Below, piece after piece: positions 50,238 to 61,580 of a stretch of 64,000 nt of DNA. The first letter of the stretch is position 1. Each line of letters opens with the position of its first letter. This DNA comes from Bispira polyomma. Lineage: Eukaryota. The notes beneath the pieces are model-generated. The model was not told the origin of the DNA and did not search any database. It was given only the letters and a program-made list of their open reading frames with translations. The stretch is from the NCBI GenBank assembly GCA_965649765.1, contig OZ287749.1, positions 23,188,001 to 23,252,000 of the forward strand, given 5' to 3'. The position numbers and the translations under genes are program-made.

Positions 50238-51590
50238 CTATTGTGTGGTTACTGGAGCTGTGGAATCTGGTTTTCCGTGTAGCTTGTAGCATTTCATCTC
50301 TGGGTGTGGGTTGGCTCGTTTATTGAGCTTATAGCAATGTGCGCAAATATGACGGAACGACATCGTGGCGGATTCGTGGTCTGCCCTATATTGGCATTGG
50401 TTGCGCTGGAAATGCCTGCATGGCATTTCCTTCTTACTGCTGCCATTTCCCGTTGATGTGCCCGTGAGGGGGGAAGTGGAATTGGATATAAGCGCCTGTG
50501 AATAGGATAACCTATTCATGGTCCATTTTGTGTCGTCTGTCCAAGTTAAGCGTCCTTCCTCGATGTCGTGCATGTTGCTAGCATAAGCTCCTCGTGCAAC
50601 ATGCCATGAGATATTAGCCGAATCTTTTAGTGTATCCGCAAGTTGCTTTAACATGGCTCGAGATACGACAGGGTGCTTAGTTTCGAGGGGGTTTTGTATT
50701 TGTCCAGAGGCAAATTGAGCGACCGACAGGTCGTCATACGTTATGCGTTTTCTACCTACCCCTGCTAGGCACCCTTCGTTGGGCCAGCGCAGTGATGGGT
50801 CTGAAGTGCAAACCTCAGAGACATTAAATCTTCCTGACTTTTTCTTAGACAAAAGCTTACCCTGCAAGTTGTTTTCTGTAGCCCATGTCTTGTACTGTGC
50901 AAGTCGTTGATTGACTTCATTCTGTATAAGAGTTGAATGGCGTAGAATATCCATCGAAGGTGGTATGGCATCATGTGTATGAGGTACTGTCGGTTCAGCC
51001 GTGTGTGGTGTGTGTGTGGTATGACCAGCGCTTAACTGCAGAGGAGTAGTCGTGTGTGCCTCTATAATCCCATAATGCCTGGGAGTTGGCAGTAAGACAG
51101 CGTTTGGTGCTGCTAGCGAGTGTACTTGTTGTGCGGCCGGGGTGTCCTGCATGTGACCGTTGTGATTTGTTGTTCTGCGTATTCTAGAAACTGGTGTTGG
51201 CCTCGAGTGCATGTTGAGGTTAGCTTGAGTTAAAGAGCTGACGAGGGGGACCGTCACTGGGTTGTTCTGCGGTAACGACTTAACTTCTCTAGCTTTAAGA
51301 CCTGAGACGTCACTCGCTAGCTTTGTGACTGATTTTAGTATGGACTCCATCATTACAGACTGTCTCTCAAAAAGGGACTGGTAAATGTTATCAGTACTTA
51401 CGGCTGCTATGCTTTGTCCTTCTGAGACGACTCTATTGTTGTCCTCGTCCGTTAATTGTCTCTCTATGTCAGTTTGCTGCAAATCAGTTTCCCTTGTGCA
51501 TCTGTTACCTACTGGCCTTGGGTGAATAATATTGCATCTAGAACAGGATGCTCCCTGTTGTGTTAGTTGTCGTTTTCTTCCTCTTCCCAT
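50238..51590 (-). CDS. E3 gag-like ORF1, 450 aa
   Basis: ATG start, N-terminal CxxCxxxHxxxxxxxC, coiled-coil-like segment, C-terminal CCH and CCHC-type clusters. Confidence 0.88.
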   Translation of the reverse strand: MGRGRKRQLTQQGASCSRCNIIHPRPVGNRCTRETDLQQTDIERQLTDEDNNRVVSEGQSIAAVSTDNIYQSLFERQSVMMESILKSVTKLASDVSGLKAREVKSLPQNNPVTVPLVSSLTQANLNMHSRPTPVSRIRRTTNHNGHMQDTPAAQQVHSLAAPNAVLLPTPRHYGIIEAHTTTPLQLSAGHTTHTPHTAEPTVPHTHDAIPPSMDILRHSTLIQNEVNQRLAQYKTWATENNLQGKLLSKKKSGRFNVSEVCTSDPSLRWPNEGCLAGVGRKRITYDDLSVAQFASGQIQNPLETKHPVVSRAMLKQLADTLKDSANISWHVARGAYASNMHDIEEGRLTWTDDTKWTMNRLSYSQALISNSTSPLTGTSTGNGSSKKEMPCRHFQRNQCQYRADHESATMSFRHICAHCYKLNKRANPHPEMKCYKLHGKPDSTAPVTTQ

Positions 51591-53214
51591 TGTGTCCTAC
51601 TGATATATTCAGAGTGTCCGTTTGTGTATGATTTCCACCACTTTATCACAATAAAAAATTACTCCACAATATGTAAAACACGTATATTTGTAAAAGTAAC
51701 ACGTAAAACACTAAAATAGGTAACACTAAAAGGTTTAAAATCGTTGTATTTCTTTCTAAAATATGTGACATTCAAGATGGCTGTCGTTTTCCTAACTTTT
51801 TGTATGCTAGCTCTTGTGTGTCTAGCTAATTTGTGAGCCCACAATGGGAAAGGCGGGAAAAACTTTGAGGTAAATAATTTTTTATTGGTTGTGTAGGTCA
51901 TGCCTGATTGGGTCCTAAGTTATAAACATTTGTTGTTAAGTGGACTGATGTAAACGTGTGATATTGTGCCTAGCATAGCTAGCTAGGAAGTAAAGGTGTT
52001 TTATTGTGCCCTCGACTGAAGGGTCATGCCGTGCCTGCAGTGACTACTAAATGTGACTGTACATACATGGGGCAAATTTTTAAGGCTGTATATCTCACCA
52101 GTTTCTTTAGCTTTCTTAGACTTTCTAATCCGTGCCCACATTCGGTGGCTGCATTTCCCCTTTGAAACATTTGGCCAGGGGGAACATCATGTTTAAATCT
52201 GGCTATGTCATACTATTAGTGAAATGGACTAAAGCAATGCAGAAAAGAGATTCAGTTAGGCTGCTTTCCCTTCCTGCCCTCCCAGGTTCGAGTTTATGTC
52301 CGGTTAAGGCTATCAAGGCAGCTTTGGCTCTTGCACCCCCTGGCCCTAATGCTCCCCTCTTCCAGTACAAACTACACTCCACCTGGATTCCCCTTACTGA
52401 TTCACATGTTCGTAGCCATTTAAAAAACCTCCTTCACTTGTTAAAATTGCAAGATTCTAATCTTGCATTTCACGCCTTCCGGCATTCAGGTGCCACTTTT
52501 GCTTACAACAATAATGTTCCCTTACAGGACATCCAGCGTCATGGCACCTGGACGTCGGATTACATCACTGACTCAGCTGATGTTGGTACCAAGGTGGCTG
52601 ACTTCTTCCAGGTTGCTTTATAACGTCTACACTAATTTGGTATTTGGGGTCTGGGACAATTCATGTCCCCTCTGTATAACAGAAAATGTTTTTCAAGAAA
52701 TATAAATACTCAATTAAATTAGAAAACCACTTTTGTTTGGGGCATAAGGTAACCTTACATTTGGCTAGTACATAACGTACTCATCCAAATTTTTATAAAA
52801 TTCTAATCTAATTTCAGTGAATGATTTAATCCTTTCACTTTATATATTAAACTTAACTTCATCTAACTTTTTACTTAGTTTATGGTAACCTCTAACTCCC
52901 TCTAAATTATTTTCCTATTTATGGTTACCTTAATCTTTTATCGGGCACTTTATGGTCACCTAAATTTATGGTTTCCTTAAACTCTCTGAAAATTCATTTT
53001 ACTCTATGGTTACCTTTAGTACTTACCGTGCTTTCCATGGTTACCCTAATTTATGGTGACCTTAAATTTTTCTACATTTATGGTTACCTTATGCCCCTCT
53101 CGCTTAACTGAATATAGTGAATGTTAGTCTAACCCTAGACACTAATAAAGTAATGTACCGCAATTGTTTTTCCTGTGTTAATAAGTTAAGTCACTTATAT
53201 AACTGGCCTAAGGG

Positions 53215-54630
53215 AACTGAATGAACTCGACAACAACTGTCTTGCCTTACAAATGATGCTTCTAATTGTGGTTAATTTCTGTCCCATTTTATACATTGGC
53301 TTATATGGCAAGTGTTGCAGTAAATGTTCCTCATTTCTCAAATGGAAAATTGTCTTTCTGCCTTAATGGCTTATTATGTCATTATAATGTTGCAAATTAT
53401 GTCTTTATAGACCCTAAAACAAGAGTAGTAGAGTGAAGTTTCTTTATATGTACCCCACTAAATAAATATCAATAGTATAAACTAATTTCCTTTAACAAGT
53501 GCAAGCATGGGTTAAGCTGAAACAAGATTTAGGGGAGTAAATATCCAAAGGCTATATACACACTGTCATTCTATGTCTTGCTTTATAAATCATATCAAAC
53601 ATCACACTATACCTATGGCTGTATACATGGTATATACACATACCATAACATTAATTTAAAGAATGTTAAACATGCAAAGAAAACTAAAAACAAAGTGAAA
53701 TGTTAGTCAATGGTTAAGGTTTAGTTAAGGAATTAATTTGTACCTTTCATAACGTGACTTCCAGGATTAAAGTGACAAGTAGGAAGCACCAAAATAAAAG
53801 CGAGAGGCCTGCTGGCATGTCTGTGATATCAAAATTAGACAAGAATAGTGACAGAGATGCTGAAGTGGACTTGGGGGTGAATAGACTGGCTAATCATGCA
53901 TCACTGCAGTATTGATAAGCAAGGTTTGCACAGGGGTGGTCATTCTAATTACACTATTTCTTGTATAGAGGGGAAACAAGGTTCCACATAAGTGTCCATT
54001 TTAATTATATTATATCATGCATACATGAGAAACTTGCTTTGTTTACATGATACATTGTACAAAGTTACAGTGGTGACTTTTAAAGAAAGCAAAATCGGAC
54101 AGAATTTCATGAAATATGTTTGTGTATATAATTACTTTTGTGTGTATGTTTTGTTTTAATAATTTCTGACACATTACTCATTTTGTGTACTGTGATCGAA
54201 ATCCAAAAGGAACAATGCTGAACATTAAAAAAACATGTTTAAAGTGTCAGTTACAAAATGCAACATTATATTGAGCATACAATTATAATTATTAAAAAGT
54301 CCCTTAAAAAAGATTTTTATTTATATTGAACACATTCAACACAAGTTTTATACTTATTTTTGGGGTATTGTTTGCTGATATACCGTCACATAGATTATGG
54401 GTGAATGCTGGATTTGCATGGCAAGTCGCAATAACTTATACTGTGTGATTTCAGGTTTTTTCTTCATTCATGATGTATTAGGACATTAGTGCCATAGCTC
54501 AAGGGATATTATCACAAATCTGATAATAACACTTTTTTTTCTATGTGAACATAAAGTTTTCCTACTAAATGATGTATTTTTATAGCTTCAATGAGGAGTT
54601 TGCCTTGGGTATCTGTTCCTTTTGTTCAAT
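53215..54630. repeat. Local duplication, copy 1 (contains the empty site for E4)
   Basis: Collinear with 58670..59609, e.g. TGCTTCTAATTGTGG, AAAGAAAGCAAAATCGGACAG, GAGGAGTTTGCCTTGGGTATC. Confidence 0.85.
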
Positions 54631-54781
54631 GTCAATACACATAGACTTTAAGCTGATGGCAACACTACTCTTTTGGCTGAAATATTTATGACTCCCATAC
54701 TCTGAGAAAGGATATGGATACGACGTAGCATTTGTCATAATTAGGAGTCAATGACCAGGCCAACTCCTAGAACACTAGGAG

Positions 54782-54820
54782 TATAGTATAGTATAGTATA
54801 GTATAGTATAGTATAGTATA
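54782..54820. repeat. (TATAG)n microsatellite
   Basis: About 8 pentamer units. Confidence 0.95.
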
Positions 54821-55699
54821 TAGAGTTAAATTCACCAACAACAATACAGTTGCACTAATACAGAAAATGTCAATTAGATATTGATATGTTTAGCACTAAA
54901 ATATGATGTTCTGTGGAATTTTCTTTTTCTCATGTCTGTCTCCTGATTAAAGCTTAAGAGATCAGATGTCACTTCAGGTAAATGATAAAACACTCTGATC
55001 TTCTGATGGATCAGAAAGCTGATAAGTAGTCTATTTTCTAGCATGACAATCTCATCTATCATATTTCTAGAAAACAGGGATGCTCCCCCCCCACTTTTTT
55101 TGTTATTATAACCATGGGCATCCCATGTTCATATTTTAGGCATTGTTCCATATGTTATTTTGTCCAGATAGAATAATTCTAAAAATGCAAGACACATGCT
55201 AAAAAATTTCAATTTACTCAACTAGTAATTTCAGACTGTTCCAAGTATAAATTGTAGGTAACTAAATGGTTTATTGAATCACTTTATTATTTATGTTAAA
55301 TGGGTCCTCAGGCATATGAGTAAATGATTATTTTCTCTTTTATAATGTCATTGAATTTAACTAACTGACCATCTGTCACTGTGGCCTCAAACACAGAGGA
55401 CCTGGGAGGTAGAATCCGATACATAGTGGCTAGGATAAAATGGTGGTCCTCTGTCATTAGGTCTGATCTGCAGTGACAGACTAAAGATCCTTGTGACTTT
55501 TATAAATGATGCAATCCTTCAGCCTCTTTCTTCAGTTAGTGAATTTTTATCGTTTTTTTATAGAAATATTTTTATAAAATCCAATTTAATGATATAATTT
55601 ATGTTTTTCACTCTAGCATCTTTGGCGGTGAAGAAATTAAATGTACAAATATTTTTACGACACCACTGAACATAGCTTCTGGGGGTTTTATAGGTAAAA

Positions 55700-56362
55700 T
55701 GGTGGTTCCACTATGCTGATTTTTCCGTGATCTTGCCGATTTTGAGGTCCCAGGCATGTCTGTATAGATCCGGAGGCGAAAACGGGGTAGTCGGGAAGGA
55801 TATCCAACATGTTTGATATATTCTAAAAGTACCTCAACTTACCTCCCTGACCTCTAAAAACGGAAATGTCGGCTTCGGCGAATAAGTTCAATTGGATTGT
55901 CATTACATTCTGTCTGATAGGTCTTATCTCACTCCAGGCATGTTCTAACACTGGCCCACTAAAATGTATAGGTCGGTGGGCAAAAATGGGGCGAATAGGG
56001 CGGTCTGAAAGAATATAAGACCATTTTGTCAGTTATTATACCATAACTGTCCCGACTTTTAAACTTTCGATCCTGATGGTCAAGGATATGAATTCGTCAG
56101 ATCCTATTTGTGATACATTCGATCCTAGGGCGATACATAAGTTCCTATCGCCAGTAAGTTTGATCCTAACCTGGGTTGGGCAGGACAGGGCTGTTTGAGA
56201 ACGGACTTCAAATTTGATCGTGGTCGGTGTCCTGTCAATACGGGATGCAATCAGTTTGATCTCACACACTTTCATTTTTTTGTCTTTTTCACGCCTACCC
56301 TACCCCTTTCGATCTTAAAATTAGGCCCATTTTGCTGATCGAACTTGAATATAGAACCACCA
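55700..56362. mobile_element. Possible non-autonomous DNA transposon
   Basis: Short TIR TGGTGGTTC / GAACCACCA around CpG-richer sequence. Confidence 0.45.
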
Positions 56363-57629
56363 CTTAAATTATATTTGAAATATTTATAGAGAATACTGTT
56401 TAAATAGAGCTTGTGGTGATTAGGGGGGTTTGAGGCACTGCCATTGTTTTTTTCTCTGTCTTTTTATTCATGAAATATATAGTGTAAGATCTGAAGAAAT
56501 CATGTTTTAATGGATATTCTCAGGACCTTGCACTACAAGGTACTGTACATGTATTTTCCTTGACTAACAACCAAAGCTAATGAAATTCAGGTCTATGTAA
56601 ACACTCACATGTCCAACCAATGTGACAATAAACAAAAGCAACAACTCTTGAAACACAGTGACAGCCAACGTTAAAATTGAAAAAAAAGAGTAAATACTCT
56701 CCAGTTTGATAAATGTAGAGAGCTATGCCACAGCAGTGAAAGCAATAAACATTACTTATCGTCGCTAAGTAAAGTGAGCCTAGGAAATGTATTTAACTTC
56801 CCAACAGGATCGCACAACAATTAGAGGGTCAGTGAAAAACAGTCACACCAAAAGTGCATTTGACAAGGAAAGTCAAAAGACCCAAAAAGAGCAATAGATC
56901 TCATTTTGTATTCTAACCATCATCTTCAATTGAAAAAAAACAATAGGGACTTGCACTGGATCAATGGTAACAAAAAAGTTTTCTTTTCAGTAACAGGTAA
57001 TGGGAAATAATAGGCAAAAATGTCTAATGGTTTTTTTCTAATGGACTATACATACAAAAAAACAATTCTCAATATCTAGACCAAAGACCATAAGGGAGAA
57101 AATGCAAAATTCTGGTATAAAGCATGTTTTAGCTTTGAATGGATAATAAACCTTGCCTAATTAAATTGAATTCAGTGACTTGTTTTGCAGGCTTATGAGC
57201 CTACAGGTCCACCAGAAAGTCTGTAAAGTGATCATGTGACTAGTCAAAAGGTTAAAATGATGCTTAAAGTAGAACACAGCACATAAAAATTTATAGCACT
57301 TCGGGGTATTTATTTTAGCTTTATATTAACATTACATAAACATTACAAAATGTTATATTACAAAAACATAGTCCCAAAATTTACGAGTATATAATTATTA
57401 TTGTTGAGTATACAATTGAAAATAAATGTATTTCATAGCCCTGCATGCTGTACGTTAGCTGCCATATGCATGGCTTAGTATAAAAAGCATGGTTCATACA
57501 GTCCATATATAATTACTGATTGCCACAGAGCATATATTTAGTCTATTGTTTCTCTGGACCTTGAAATATAAATATGCAGTGATAATATGGTGCCCCTTAC
57601 TATAAGTTAACGTTGTTTTTCGTTGGTTT

Positions 57630-57820
57630 GAACAGCTAAGGTCATATCACAAAAGGTAGATTTAATGGTGGAGAAAACCAGTGCTGAATCACTGTAAACA
57701 ACCGACATACAGTACCTGACAAACTTTCTCACATAAGGAGACGAACATGATTCAAACTTACTTTGGTGAGAGGCTAATGATTTTGTAGCAGGTGCTTCTA
57801 ACCATTAGGCCATTGTGGCT
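57630..57820 (-). mobile_element. Degenerate SINE, same family as 35150..35330
   Basis: Shared sequence blocks and degenerate A and B boxes. Confidence 0.5.
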
Positions 57821-58669
57821 TCGATGACCACATAAACTGGTGGTCCTCTGCTATTGGGTCTCATCCAAAAGTAAAACACCTTGGGGACCAGTCATTTTCT
57901 ATTTTATCTCCTCATTGGGGTAAACAAAACATACCGGAGCTGGTTAGCTCTACTTGGGCAGCCAAGAAAAGTTAATTAGCTCTTTGAATATAAGATATGT
58001 CAATTTGATACCATACAACTTTGTCTTTGCAAAGAAATGGTTACTGCAAAAACAAAATTGATATTATTAATACTACAGAGAAAAGATGTTTTTGTTTAGT
58101 TCTACAAGTTTCACAATCACCATTTGGTGTACTTTACTTTAATGGTGGTAAACACATGGAATGCAATACTTTAGCTGTATGTTATACTGTCGATGGCTGT
58201 CACCTTTAAATTCACAGAAACAGACTTAGTTAAAATGAATGGACTGTACTCTTTATAAAACCAAAACTGTTCTCAAATGACATGTGTGACATCATGCTAT
58301 TGTTTAAATATTTAAGTTAAGCACAACTGATTCCTTACACAATACGGGGCCCGTCCATGGGTTAGTAAACTGTCTTTTTAGGGACATATGTTAAGATAAA
58401 AAAAATTGTCATCTGATGAGATTTGAAAAATATTATTTAAAGACAATACTTACTGTTGTTTAATTAGTAGTAGCTTATAATTAGTTTCAAAGAAATATAC
58501 AAATGGTATGCCTTAGGAACCGCTAGTACAGGGATTAAGCACAATGGTATCTAACTTTACTTCTCCCAAAACATGTAAGTCTATTGGAGAAGCATCTCAC
58601 AACATACAACACAAAAAATATAAAGAATAAAAAATACAAAATAAACCTTTTTGCAAAATAACAACAAAC

Positions 58670-59609
58670 TCAGCAACAACTGTCTGACATTACAATTGGT
58701 GCTTCTAATTGTGGAACATTTCATATATTGGCTTATTTGGCAAGTATTGCAGTAAATTTAAGTTCCTATTTCTCAAATGAAAACTTGTTTTTCTGCCTTA
58801 ATGGCTTATTGTGTCATTATACTGTTGTAAATTATGTCTTAAGGGTTAAACTGAAAACATGATTTATGTGAGTAAATATCCATAGGCCGTAGACACACTG
58901 TCATTTTACGTCTTCCTTTATAAAACATATCAAATATCACTTATACCTAGTGTTGTACATATCTTATAATAACATACCATAACATTAATCTAAAGAATGT
59001 TAAACATACAAACAATTCTAAATAAAAAGGTACATTGTATTTACTTACAATGCTGATTTTAAAGAAAGCAAAATCGGACAGAATTTTATGAAATGTGTTT
59101 GTGTATATAATTACTTATGTATGTATATTTTGTTTTAGTAATTTCGGAAACATTACTCATTGTTGTGTACTGCAATTGAAATCCAATAAAGTGCAAAATA
59201 TTTAACAAAAACCATGTTTACAATGTCAGTTACAAAATGCAACATTATATTTAGCATACAATTATAAGTATTAAAAAGTCCCTTAAAAAAAGATTTTTAT
59301 TTATATTGAGCACATTCCACACAAGTTTTATGCTTATTTTTAATGTAATGTTTTCTTGTACACCGTCCCACAGATTATAGCTTAGTGTAAAATTTCCATG
59401 TCAAGTCGCAATAAGGTGTACTGTGTGATTTCGGGGTTTTTATTTTTCATTCATGATGTATTGGGACATTAGTGACATAGCTCGAGGGATATTATCACAA
59501 ATCTGATAATAACACTTTTTTCCTATGTGAACATAAATTTATGCTACTAAATGATGTATTTTTATAGCTTAAATGAGGAGTTTGCCTTGGGTATCTATTC
59601 CTTTTGTTC
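58670..59609. repeat. Local duplication, copy 2 (interrupted by E4)
   Basis: Collinear with 53215..54630. Confidence 0.85.
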
Positions 59610-59990
59610 CAGTAGTCAAAAATATAATTTGATTTAATGCCAGAGAGAGAGAGACGTGTAAGAAGTTTGATAAGTTTTTGTGAGGTTTGGAAACTAGATG
59701 CTGTTTGGGATGTATTTATTTCTATCTACTGCCTCTATGTACAACTATACAATTAAAATTTTAGTTAATATTTTAAAAAATGCCAATATGGCTACATAAT
59801 AAATTACAAAACAAGAGTATGTTATGCGAAATATAAAGGGATAAAAAAGGTCCCGAAAGAACAACATAAAAGTTGAACACAAGAATACCCAGGATGACTG
59901 AGAGTGTTAAAATTGTTTATAAAAGCTGAAGGAATTGTATATATGAGCTTGTGTGTATATGAATCTTAAGTTCCTCACTATCTCTGACAA

Positions 59991-60150
59991 GACTCAACCT
60001 CCGAGGTCAGAACCCCGGTCCTGCGGCACCTAATCGCCTAGCAGTGAAGGTTCCCAGCTGCAGAGCTTTAATCCTCGGTAGCCCACACCGAGGGGTAGTT
60101 GCGAGCTGAAAACCAGCACCACACGGACCGAGGTTCGAACCCAGGTGGAG
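59991..60150 (-). ncRNA. Putative structured RNA in the E4 spacer
   Basis: Nested stems whose plus-strand C-A mismatches become G-U pairs on minus; hairpin CCUCGGU/ACCGAGG whose loop GGGCU can pair with downstream AGCUC. Confidence 0.72.
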
Positions 60151-60594
60151 TCACGTGGGCAAGTGAGATTATAATTTTGGGTGGAGGGTTGGGAAAAAGA
60201 CGTGTTGCTTACTTAACTTGCAACTTAATAATGCCTTTCTGTGAGAAAAGGGCGGCAAGGAGTTTATTCTGAAGGAAGGTGATTGGTTGCCTGGTTTAAA
60301 TGACCTAAAATCTGATTGGGATAGCTAGGTAAACAATTCTTAAGAAGGGTTTTACAGTAAAGTATTCAATTTTTTCTACTGACTTGCCATGCTATACTAG
60401 CAGTGACATCAACAGTAGTCAAAAATATAATTTGATTTAATGCCAGAGAGAGAGACCTGTAAGAAGTTTGATAAGTTTTTGTGAGGTTTGGAAACTAGAT
60501 GCTGTTTGGGATGTATTTATTTCTATCTACTGCCTCTATGTACAACTATACAATTAAAATTTTAGTTATAATTTAAAAAAATGCCAAAGCCAAA

Positions 60595-61574
60595 TTAGAA
60601 AGTAGAGGAGACAATGGAGGAAAAAGTAGAGGGAATGATAGAGGCTGCATGAGAAGTGGATTGTAAATATGACCAGACAGCATCGGATTTCCAGCATCCA
60701 TGTTTTTGTATATCTTGAAGTTTAACATTGGAATTAAAGGCTAGGGAGGCTCCAGAGCGACGGAAGCAGTGAAATGAATGACCTATGTGTGGAATGTCAA
60801 GGTGAGTGAGGATGTTCTTGAGTGTAAGCCTAAGCTTGGTGTCTGATAAGCAGTTTCCTCTATCACATGGGTTGGCCAGTAATGGGGCCATGGAGTGTAA
60901 AGGGTATTTGTTAAATAAGGCTGTGGCAGCTCTGACAGGACATAGCCAGGGGTTTGATAAGGAAGGTAGTTGAATGATGTCTGGATTTGTCCTACTTTGG
61001 TTAGTTTTACTCCATTTAAGGATAAGGTGAATACCTGGTGGGGCGAATACTATGTCTGCCCTTGTGAGGTGTCTTGTAGGGTCAAAAGGTGAACCGGAAG
61101 TAGTAGTAAGATTGGAAATTCTGAGGAACCCAAAGAAGGCGAAAAGAAAAGCTGTCCTGTATAGTTCAGGGAAGTGAAGTAAATCACAAGCTTGTGAAAT
61201 TTTGGCTAGTTGTAGTAAGTCAAACACTCCCTTTATTCCGGGGGTGTAGTTAGAGGTGAGTTCTAAGGACCTAGTGTACAAGGTCAGTCTGGGGTCATAA
61301 AGACCTGTGTGTAGTATATTCAATAGTTTGGCATTGTGCCTTAGAGCTGATATGTAATTTGCAATCACTTTGTGGGATTTCCCTGTTTGAGTCAGGAACT
61401 CTAGAAATGCCAAAATGGTGTTGAAACTGAAGGTATGATGTAAATCATAATATACAGTGAAGGCTAAAAAGAGTCTGAATTGGCTGTTGTATTGTCTCTG
61501 AGTTCTAGGTCTGTGGCTCTGTCGTAGTCTTGTGAGGGCACCTTGGATCAGTGAGTTTGCTGAGTCAGAAGTGC
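60595..61574 (-). CDS. E4 tyrosine recombinase (intact frame from the predicted splice acceptor)
   Basis: Open from TTTCAG|GC ACT TCT GAC to the stop; full catalytic residue set; no N-terminal ATG. Confidence 0.88.
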
Positions 61575-61580
61575 CTGAAA

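Larger units (their letters stand above)
46149..52049 (-). mobile_element. E3: Ngaro-like element A-gag-pol-YR-B, lacking A2-spacer-B2
   Basis: Ends CAGTC.. and ..GCAGTGACTACTA; single B (46149..~46343) and single A (~51800..52049); largely intact ORFs. Confidence 0.9.
45762..52623 (+). pseudogene. E5 tyrosine recombinase, split by E3 (45762..46148 and 52050..52623)
   Basis: Removing E3 restores LNLIQQCDCTYMGQIFKAVYLTSFFSFLRLSN; KWTK, LCPV, HAFRHSGA and HGTW follow. Confidence 0.85.
42335..52750 (+). mobile_element. E5: older, divergent YR retrotransposon interrupted by E3 (ends approximate)
   Basis: gag, RT/RNase H and YR fragments in order on plus; many frameshifts and deletions. Confidence 0.8.

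Noticed and set aside
59991-60150. Known ribozyme (hammerhead, HDV-like, twister, hairpin) or HCV-type IRES in the spacer module
   Set aside because: No CUGANGA/GAAA core in the right stems, and no HDV or twister topology could be built by eye. The ACUGC..GAUUAGGUGC resemblance to an HCV-type IRES is short and no ORF follows.
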